Assembly: GCA_026625185.1 (NCBI GenBank)
Contig: CP113000.1
Span: forward strand, 2,622,651 to 2,654,650
Direction of reading: 5' to 3'
From: Thermodesulfobacteriota bacterium
GTDB taxonomy: Bacteria > Desulfobacterota > WTBG01 > JAGOGO01
Length of the DNA stretch: 32,000 nt
The notes under the pieces are model-generated. The model made no database searches and had not been told where the DNA came from. It was given only the letters and a program-made list of their open reading frames with translations. Within the stretch, counting starts at the first letter, position 1. Every line of letters starts with the position of its first letter. The position numbers were made by a program, and so were the translations under genes. Below are positions 25,785 through 32,000 of this stretch, piece by piece.

Positions 25785-25969
25785 CCAGCTAATGGAAAGC
25801 GTAAGCAGAGGGACAATCCTATAATGATCCTGGCAAGAGAAAAATAAAAGCCAGAAAAACTTTTTTTGTATTTAGCCTAAGTAGTCGACATCTAAAGGAG
25901 GAAACAAGCGGGAACTCCCCCATGCCCCTTTCCTCCGAAAGAGGGGGGATTACAGAAAACGGTGATATT

Positions 25970-26653
25970 ATGCATGATGAACGAATAATTTTTGACGGTA
26001 TTTACCTTATCGGCGGGCCGAATATTTCCCGGTCTGAAGACGCTACCTCTTTTATTGTGGATTGTGGTGAGGAACTGGTTATGATTGATTCCGGGGCCGG
26101 CCGCTCAATTGAAATTCTGGAAAAGAACATTCGTGAACTGGGGCTTGATCCTCAAAAGATTTCTACCCTGATTTTAACTCACTGCCATATTGATCATACC
26201 GGCGGCGCTCCGCACTTTAAACAAAAGTTTCATTGTAAACTGGCGGCGCATGAACTTGATGCGGAGGCGATTGCAAACGGTGACCCTGCATTGACAGGCG
26301 CATCCTTTTACGGCACGAGCTTCCCTCCTACTTTTGTTGATATTATCCTCAAAGGCGACCAGGTAACCATAACGTGTGGAAGCCAAGAAATTCACTGCCT
26401 TCACATTCCCGGACATACTCCGGGTTCAATCGCTCCCTACCTGGACCGGGCAGGCAAGAGAATACTTTTCGGTCAGGACATTCACGGCCCCTTTATGAAA
26501 AGTTTTGGATCTGACCTTGGTCAATGGAAAACCTCGATGAATAAACTTCTCTCCCTCAAGGCCGATATCCTATGTGAAGGGCACTTCGGAATTTTTCCAA
26601 CACCCAAAAAAGTGGAAGCTTACATCAGGAAGTATTTAGAGTATTATTCCTAA
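25970..26653 (+). CDS. MBL-fold metallo-hydrolase
   Basis: Motifs LTHCHIDHTGG, HIPGHTPGS and a C-terminal CEGH. The start is ambiguous: ATG 25970 (MHDERIIFDGIYLIGG), or ATG 25922 as in the track. Confidence 0.75.
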   Translation: MHDERIIFDGIYLIGGPNISRSEDATSFIVDCGEELVMIDSGAGRSIEILEKNIRELGLDPQKISTLILTHCHIDHTGGAPHFKQKFHCKLAAHELDAEAIANGDPALTGASFYGTSFPPTFVDIILKGDQVTITCGSQEIHCLHIPGHTPGSIAPYLDRAGKRILFGQDIHGPFMKSFGSDLGQWKTSMNKLLSLKADILCEGHFGIFPTPKKVEAYIRKYLEYYS

Positions 26654-26682
26654 AGATATCCAAGTCTGAGCTTAATAATAAA

Positions 26683-26709
26683 CCCGTTAGGTATCCAATA
26701 GCTAACGGG
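26683..26709. terminator. Hairpin between convergent genes (possible bidirectional terminator)
   Basis: CCCGTTAG (26683-26690) pairs with CTAACGGG (26702-26709) across an 11-nt loop. The right arm overlaps the stop codon of the minus-strand 61-aa ORF. A T-run (26721-26727) lies 11 nt further on the plus strand. Confidence 0.35.
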
Positions 26710-26887
26710 GTAATGGTGATTTTTTTGCTGCAAGGGTTTTTAGCTTAGCTTCTTCCGCTTTGAGAATATCGAGCAGCATCAATGCTTCAATTGGGCTAAA
26801 AAACAGGTGTTGCCCCTCACCAATTTTGATAATCATCCCTTCCTCTTTAAACTCGATGGTGAATTTTTCTTCTAATTGCGTGGTCAT
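26702..26887 (-). CDS. Hypothetical small protein (61 aa)
   Basis: Sequence is non-repetitive and of plausible composition (MTTQLEEKFTIEFKEEGMIIKIGEGQHLFFSPIEALMLLDILKAEEAKLKTLAAKKSPLPR). I recognise no family and see no clear Shine-Dalgarno. Confidence 0.4.
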   Translation of the reverse strand: MTTQLEEKFTIEFKEEGMIIKIGEGQHLFFSPIEALMLLDILKAEEAKLKTLAAKKSPLPR

Positions 26888-27059
26888 GATGTCTTGTTAA
26901 TCGAAATGCGGTTTGCTAAGATTGTCAAAGAGTTAAGAAGATCATTTTCATACCAATTTGTTTTCCTGCAACCGGATTTTTTCAAAAATCTAACTAAATG
27001 AAATAATAAAATAAATTAAAAAGAAACACAATGCGTACGATGATATTTTTTCTCTTTCC

Positions 27060-27088
27060 TTGACTTTTTTACCGGCCTGTAATAAAAT
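27060..27088 (+). promoter_or_regulatory. Candidate sigma70-type promoter of the efflux operon
   Basis: TTGACT (27060-27065), 17-nt spacer, TAAAAT (27083-27088), about 58 nt upstream of the ATG at 27147. Confidence 0.4.
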
Positions 27089-27146
27089 TTTAAATAATTA
27101 TTGGAGGTTAGAGGAAAAGATTTGAAATATTTTTAAGGAGGAGATT

Positions 27147-28583
27147 ATGAAGGATTTAAAGGTTGTTGTCCTTGTGACTGTTTTTCTTCTCTCTTTTGGG
27201 GGAAGCGGAAAGGCAGAAGATAAAATCCTCACCATTGCTCAAGCGGTTGGTTTAGCCCTCCAAAAAAATCCTACCCTAAAAGCTGCGGACTATATCGTGG
27301 AAGCATCAAAAGCAAAAATTGGAGGCGCCCGCTCCGGACTTTTACCCCGCATCGATTTGTATGAGGGGTTTACCCGGACGAATAATCCTATGATGGCAGT
27401 AGGGAGTAAATTAAATCAGGAAGCATTTTCTTCAAAAGATTATGCTTTAACGGAATTAAATAATCCTTCTCCGGTAAATAATTTTAATACTCAGTTTATG
27501 GTCACTCAGCCAATTTTTGATCAGGGGAAGACCTGGGTGGGGATAAGGCAGGCAAAAATAGGAAGTCAAGCCACCCAGGAGGAGAGGATGCGGGTGAAAC
27601 AAGAAGTGATTTTTGAAGTATTAAAAACTTACTCCCAGGTATTAAGAGAAAAAGATAATTTAGCTCTTGTACAAAAAACCGAAACTATGGCTGCCGCTCA
27701 TGTCAGATTGGCGGAAGACCTTTTCCAGAACGGGCAAACAGTTAAATCGGACGTGCTTTCTGCGAAGGTAAGGTTGAGCGAAATTAAAGAGATGGTCATC
27801 CAGTCCCGCAATGGTGTTAAGATTGCCCAAGCCGCACTCAGCAAGGTGATGGGGATGAATCAAAATGATAATTTTGAGGTTCAGGGGGGCTTGGCATGCA
27901 CCCGCGAACAAGGGGACCTTACTATCTTCATTGCTGAGGCATTAGAAAAACGGCCCGATCTTTTAGCAATGAATAATTATGTAAAGAATGGACAAGAAGG
28001 AGTGCGGATGGCGAAAACCAATTATCTTCCGGATTTTCACCTTATGGCTCGCTATGACTTCAATGATCGGAATACTGCCTGGGGAACCGAGGGGGAAAGC
28101 TGGACCGTGGGGGGAATTTTTCAATTTAATTTTTTTGACGGTTTAAGCTCCACCTATAAAGTGAAAGAGACCAATGCCGTGTTAAAACGACTTACGAGCC
28201 AGCAGGAAGAATTGATGCACAGCATTGAGCTTGAGGTTCGAGAAGCTTTTTTTCGCATGGAAGAGGCAGATGAAAGAGTAAAAGTTACGAATGAAGCCAT
28301 GACTCAGGCTGAAGAAAGCCTTAGGATTGTCGAGGATAGATATAAAACCGGGCTTTCCCGGATGGTCGAGGTTTTGGATAACGAGACGGCTTTGACCAAG
28401 GCAAAGAGAAACCATCTGTACGCCTTGTGTGATCTAAAAGTAGCCTGCGGACAATTAGATCTTGCTCGGGGAGTAATTATCCCACCGCCGGAGGGAGATA
28501 GCGAAAATCCGGATACCGGAACTCCGGTTAACGAGGAAGCAGGCGGCAATCATAAGACAACAGTTCAATCGGCTGTCAATTAA
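27147..28583 (+). CDS. TolC-family outer-membrane efflux protein
   Basis: Signal peptide. Two OEP repeats with typical motifs (LTIAQAVGLALQKNPTLKAA, RPDLLA, ...VEDRYKTGL...EVLDNE). Pro/Glu-rich C-terminal tail of about 40 aa. AAGGAGG Shine-Dalgarno upstream. Confidence 0.8.
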   Translation: MKDLKVVVLVTVFLLSFGGSGKAEDKILTIAQAVGLALQKNPTLKAADYIVEASKAKIGGARSGLLPRIDLYEGFTRTNNPMMAVGSKLNQEAFSSKDYALTELNNPSPVNNFNTQFMVTQPIFDQGKTWVGIRQAKIGSQATQEERMRVKQEVIFEVLKTYSQVLREKDNLALVQKTETMAAAHVRLAEDLFQNGQTVKSDVLSAKVRLSEIKEMVIQSRNGVKIAQAALSKVMGMNQNDNFEVQGGLACTREQGDLTIFIAEALEKRPDLLAMNNYVKNGQEGVRMAKTNYLPDFHLMARYDFNDRNTAWGTEGESWTVGGIFQFNFFDGLSSTYKVKETNAVLKRLTSQQEELMHSIELEVREAFFRMEEADERVKVTNEAMTQAEESLRIVEDRYKTGLSRMVEVLDNETALTKAKRNHLYALCDLKVACGQLDLARGVIIPPPEGDSENPDTGTPVNEEAGGNHKTTVQSAVN

Positions 28584-28597
28584 AGAGGGAGACAGGG

Positions 28598-29764
28598 ATG
28601 ACCTTAGCGGAACGGATTTTTCAGGGAATTATCATTCTGATCATCTTTTTTTATTTTGGCTGTGGGACCGGGAATGACAAACAAAACAATCAGCCCGGTG
28701 TTATGGTTGATCCCGCTCAGGTAGAGAAGATAAACCCCCTGATGCTCGATGACCTTTACCGGAGCGTGGCAACCGTAAAGTCAAAAAATACTGCCCAGAT
28801 ATCAAGCAAAGTTATGGGATATGTGGTAGCCATCAACGTTAAGGAAGGAGATATGGTTAAAGAGGGGGATGCTTTGGTTATCCTGCAAAGCAAAGAATTG
28901 GAATCACGTTTAAAGAGTGCCAAGGATGCGCTTGCGGAAATCGAAAGTAATATCTCGGAAGCCGAGGCCTCAAAAGCGGAAGCACATGCCCAATGGCAAC
29001 TTGCGGAGATTACCTTCCAGCGCTTTAAAGAATTAAGAGAGCGGGAGTCGGTTTCTCAACAGGAATTCGACCAGGCAAAGGCTGCTTTCGAAGTGGCAAA
29101 AGCACGACAAAGAAAAGCAGATGAAACACTCGCATCTTTTTATGCCAAAAAGAGGCAAGCGGCAGCATCGCTCGATGAAGCCAAGACGTTTTATGAGTAT
29201 ACTATTCTTAAAGCGCCATATGGCGGTTTGATTTCCCAAAAAATGGTTTATGAAGGGGACTTAGCTTCTCCCGGTATTCCGCTTTTGGTACTCGAAGACA
29301 ACCAAAATTACCAATTAGAGGCGATTGTTGATGAATCAAAATCCGGCACGATTAGAACCGGGCAAGAGGTTGAGGTGAATGTTGATGCTTTGGGCGAGGG
29401 AAAAATTAAAGGGAAAGTGGCTGAGGTCATTCCCCATATTGATTCCGAAAGCAGGACCTTTCAGGTAAAAATCGATCTTCCCCTATTACCGCAGATCACC
29501 TCCGGCATGTTTGGAAAAGCCTATTTCCCCATGGGTAAAAGGACGATGCTGCTTGTCCCAAAGGATGCGTTGCTGGAATGCGGAGAACTTTCCAGCCTCT
29601 TGGTAGTAAATCAAGAAGGCCGAGTGGAAAGGAGACTTGTCAAAGAAGGCAGGGAGTATCATGGTAAAGTGGAAATTTTAAGCGGCCTTAATCCTGGGGA
29701 ATCGGTGGTGGTGCGGGATGTATTTAAAGTAAAGGAAGGGTGTCTGGTGGGGAAGAAAGCATGA
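28598..29764 (+). CDS. RND efflux periplasmic adaptor (MFP/HlyD family), probable lipoprotein
   Basis: Lipobox-like FYFGC after a hydrophobic N-terminus. Lipoyl-like motif ([16 protein letters not shown]), a coiled-coil hairpin and a beta-barrel domain ([11 protein letters not shown]). Confidence 0.8.
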   Translation: MTLAERIFQGIIILIIFFYFGCGTGNDKQNNQPGVMVDPAQVEKINPLMLDDLYRSVATVKSKNTAQISSKVMGYVVAINVKEGDMVKEGDALVILQSKELESRLKSAKDALAEIESNISEAEASKAEAHAQWQLAEITFQRFKELRERESVSQQEFDQAKAAFEVAKARQRKADETLASFYAKKRQAAASLDEAKTFYEYTILKAPYGGLISQKMVYEGDLASPGIPLLVLEDNQNYQLEAIVDESKSGTIRTGQEVEVNVDALGEGKIKGKVAEVIPHIDSESRTFQVKIDLPLLPQITSGMFGKAYFPMGKRTMLLVPKDALLECGELSSLLVVNQEGRVERRLVKEGREYHGKVEILSGLNPGESVVVRDVFKVKEGCLVGKKA

Positions 29765-32000
29765 ATGATGGGTTTATTGGTAAAGTAATCCGCATTTTTA
29801 TTGACTCCAAGTTAACTCCGCTTATTATTGCGGGTGCGATGCTTTTAGGGGTTTTCGCGGTGATTTCACTTCCCCGTGAGGAAGAGCCCCAGATCGTTGT
29901 TCCGATGATTGATGTCTTTGTTCAAATGCCCGGCGCCAGTCCTAAGGAAGTGGAACAGCGAGTTACCTATCCCATGGAAAAATATTTATGGGAAATTCCC
30001 GGGGTTGAGTACATCTATTCTACGTCAATGCCCGGGATGAGCATGGCCATTGTCCGGTTTTTGGTTGGTGAAGACGAGGAAAAAAGTATTGTAAAGTTTT
30101 ACAATAAGCTCTACGCCCACCTCGACCTGATCCCCCCCGGTGTGTCCATGCCGATCATCAAACCCCGCTACATTGATGATGTGCCCGTTCTTTTACTTAC
30201 CCTTTGGGGTGATCATTATGATTGCTTTACCTTGCGTAGGATCGCCAAGCAGCTGGAAGAAGAAATTAAAAGCATTAACGATGTCTCTCTGACCGAAGTC
30301 ATCGGCGGCCAGCGGAGAGAGCTTAAGGTAGTCCTGGATACCGGCCGGATGCGGGCCTATCGTATTCCGATTCCCCGGGTGGTCTCGGTCATAAAAAGCG
30401 CGAATCAATCACTTGCCGCCGGAACCTTGTCACAAAACAATCAGGAGTTCCTGGTAGAGGTTGGCGGTTTTATTCAGAATGCGGAAGACCTGGGGGACAT
30501 AGTTGTCGGAGCAGGGGAAGAACGGCCCGTCTATTTAAAAGATATCGCGAAAATAGTCGATGGCCCGGAGGAACCTGATTCTTACCTTTTTTTCGGCACG
30601 GGACCACAGGCTGAACAGAAAGGAATTATAGCTGTACCGGGAAAACTCAACCGGGCAGTAACGATTTCGATAGCTAAAAGGAAAGGTGAGAACGCCACCA
30701 AAGTCGCGGAGACAGTACTTCAGAAAGTTGATGCCCTGAAAGGTAGTCTTATCCCCGCGGGAGTAACTGTCACTATCACCCGGAATAATGGAGAAACCGC
30801 TAGGGATAAATCAAACGAACTTTTAAAACACCTGTTTCTTGCTACTATTTCAGTTACCATTCTTATCGGGCTGTTTTTAGGTTTCAGGGCCTCTCTCATC
30901 GTTTTCGTGTCTATCCCTACGACGTTAGCAATGACGCTTTTTATCTATTATTATTTGGGTTACACCCTGAACCGGGTAACTCTTTTTGCATTAATTTTCT
31001 GCATTGGTGTTCTGGTTGATGATCCGATCGTGGGGGTGGAAAATATTATTCGGCACTTTCGACTTCCGGGGAGCAAGGGCCGCCCGATGAGTGACGTGAT
31101 TACCGAGGCAGTGCATGAAGTAGGAAGTCCTTTGATTCTGGCGACCTTTACGGTCATTGCCGCGATAATTCCCATGGCATTCGTGAGAGGTCTGATGGGG
31201 CCTTACATGCGTCCCATACCGATGGGGGCTTCAGTGGCAATGCTGTTTTCCATGGCTGTCTCATTTATTATCACTCCCTGGACTGCGTATCATTTCCTTA
31301 AAAGAAAAGAAGAGGAAAACCATAGAGAAGAAAAAGAAGATTTTTTTACCCATTGGTATCGGATTGTTATGGAACGTATGATACGCAGTCCTCAATGGAG
31401 ATGGAGGTTTATCGGGGGGACAATATTACTTTTTTTTATTATGGTTTCATTTTTTGTTTTAAAAATTGTGAAAGTAAAAATTCTTCCCTTTGACAATAAA
31501 AGTGAATTTCAGGTAATCGTGGATATGCCGGAAGGCGCGACCCTGGAAAAGACCGCGCAGGTTACCCAGGCATTAGGTAAGTATCTCTCTACGGTCCCGG
31601 AAGTAACCGACTACCAGACCTATGTGGGTATCGCCAGTCCAATGAACTTCAATGGTCTGGTGCGTCATTATTTTTTACGGAAAGGACCAAATGTTGCTGA
31701 TATCCAGGTTAATCTGGTAGCCAAGGACAAGCGAAAAGCGCAAAGTCATGATATTGCCAAGCGGGTAAGGCCCTTTCTTACGGACATTGGCAGTCCTCTG
31801 GGAGCGCGAATAAAAGTGGCTGAAGTTCCTCCCGGTCCACCCGTGCTCCAGACCTTGGTTGCGGAAATTTATGGCCCCAACTACGCCCGCCAAATTGACG
31901 TGGCAGAAAAAGTGCTCACGGTTTTCGAAAAGACCGAAGGAGTGGTGGATGTTGATTGGTATGTTGAGGATAAACAGCCCAAATATATGCTTTATGTGGA
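29761..32000 (+). CDS. RND efflux permease, HAE-type (AcrB/MexB-like), 5' about 746 codons; continues past window end
   Basis: Not in the track because it is open at the window edge. ATG 29761 overlaps the MFP stop (ATGA). My translation: [54 protein letters not shown]... The TM4 region reads [21 protein letters not shown], the AcrB-type DD proton-relay motif rather than the heavy-metal DFGxxxDGA motif. Confidence 0.8.
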   Translation, partial: MNDGFIGKVIRIFIDSKLTPLIIAGAMLLGVFAVISLPREEEPQIVVPMIDVFVQMPGASPKEVEQRVTYPMEKYLWEIPGVEYIYSTSMPGMSMAIVRFLVGEDEEKSIVKFYNKLYAHLDLIPPGVSMPIIKPRYIDDVPVLLLTLWGDHYDCFTLRRIAKQLEEEIKSINDVSLTEVIGGQRRELKVVLDTGRMRAYRIPIPRVVSVIKSANQSLAAGTLSQNNQEFLVEVGGFIQNAEDLGDIVVGAGEERPVYLKDIAKIVDGPEEPDSYLFFGTGPQAEQKGIIAVPGKLNRAVTISIAKRKGENATKVAETVLQKVDALKGSLIPAGVTVTITRNNGETARDKSNELLKHLFLATISVTILIGLFLGFRASLIVFVSIPTTLAMTLFIYYYLGYTLNRVTLFALIFCIGVLVDDPIVGVENIIRHFRLPGSKGRPMSDVITEAVHEVGSPLILATFTVIAAIIPMAFVRGLMGPYMRPIPMGASVAMLFSMAVSFIITPWTAYHFLKRKEEENHREEKEDFFTHWYRIVMERMIRSPQWRWRFIGGTILLFFIMVSFFVLKIVKVKILPFDNKSEFQVIVDMPEGATLEKTAQVTQALGKYLSTVPEVTDYQTYVGIASPMNFNGLVRHYFLRKGPNVADIQVNLVAKDKRKAQSHDIAKRVRPFLTDIGSPLGARIKVAEVPPGPPVLQTLVAEIYGPNYARQIDVAEKVLTVFEKTEGVVDVDWYVEDKQPKYMLYV

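Noticed and set aside
25785-25969. Direct repeats flanking the AT-rich RNase H-like gene as att sites (TCCTAT... at about 25207 and about 25828)
   Set aside because: Only 6 contiguous matching bases, well within chance expectation.
27147-32000. Annotating the efflux operon as czcCBA/cusCBA heavy-metal resistance because of gene order
   Set aside because: The pump's TM4 motif is the AcrB-type VDD..VVEN, not the HME signature.
1-32000. CRISPR arrays, tRNA/rRNA genes, integrases or intact IS elements
   Set aside because: Reading the intergenic regions revealed no regularly spaced repeats longer than the 8-bp GAC phasing at 23750-23776. I saw no cloverleaf-compatible sequence and no recombinase or transposase-length ORF. 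A computational scan (tRNAscan-SE, Infernal, CRISPR finders) would be needed to be certain.

Overview
Bacterial chromosomal segment. Hand-sampled G+C is about 45-55% in most genes. I recognised no rRNA, tRNA, CRISPR array or intact IS. Left third (1-7.7 kb) holds housekeeping genes: a partial membrane-fused spermidine-synthase-like gene, a yhaM-like exoribonuclease, an EamA transporter, an MBL hydrolase, a PBP5-type DD-carboxypeptidase, argC and thrC. A small MITE-like insertion sits between thrC and argC. An unusually long (~0.9 kb) ORF-free region precedes the centre. The centre (8.6-22.9 kb) is a 13-gene respiratory complex I operon ordered nuoA-B-C-D-X-G-H-I-J-K-L-M-N. It has no nuoE and no canonical nuoF. 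In their place is one gene (X, 11113-13071). Its product joins only the C-terminal N3 Fe-S segment of NuoF to a GltD/SfrB-type Fe-S/FAD/NAD(P)H oxidoreductase. X is translationally coupled (ATGA overlap) to a NuoG/SfrA-like subunit. This is the strongest candidate for something unusual: a complex I with a swapped, possibly NADPH-linked, electron-input module. The right third (23.0-27.1 kb) is a patchwork accessory stretch. It contains a yefM-yoeB toxin-antitoxin pair with a recognisable promoter/operator, a hotdog acyl-CoA thioesterase, an apparently frameshifted and internally deleted TrmO/TsaA-like gene, a very AT-rich (~27% G+C by hand count) RNase H-like gene with an intact DEDD site, a second MBL hydrolase and an orphan 61-aa ORF. 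The window ends with a TolC-like/MFP/RND (HAE-type) efflux operon that runs off the edge. All calls rest on reading motifs in the supplied translations and on my own translation of edge-open frames. No database search was possible.
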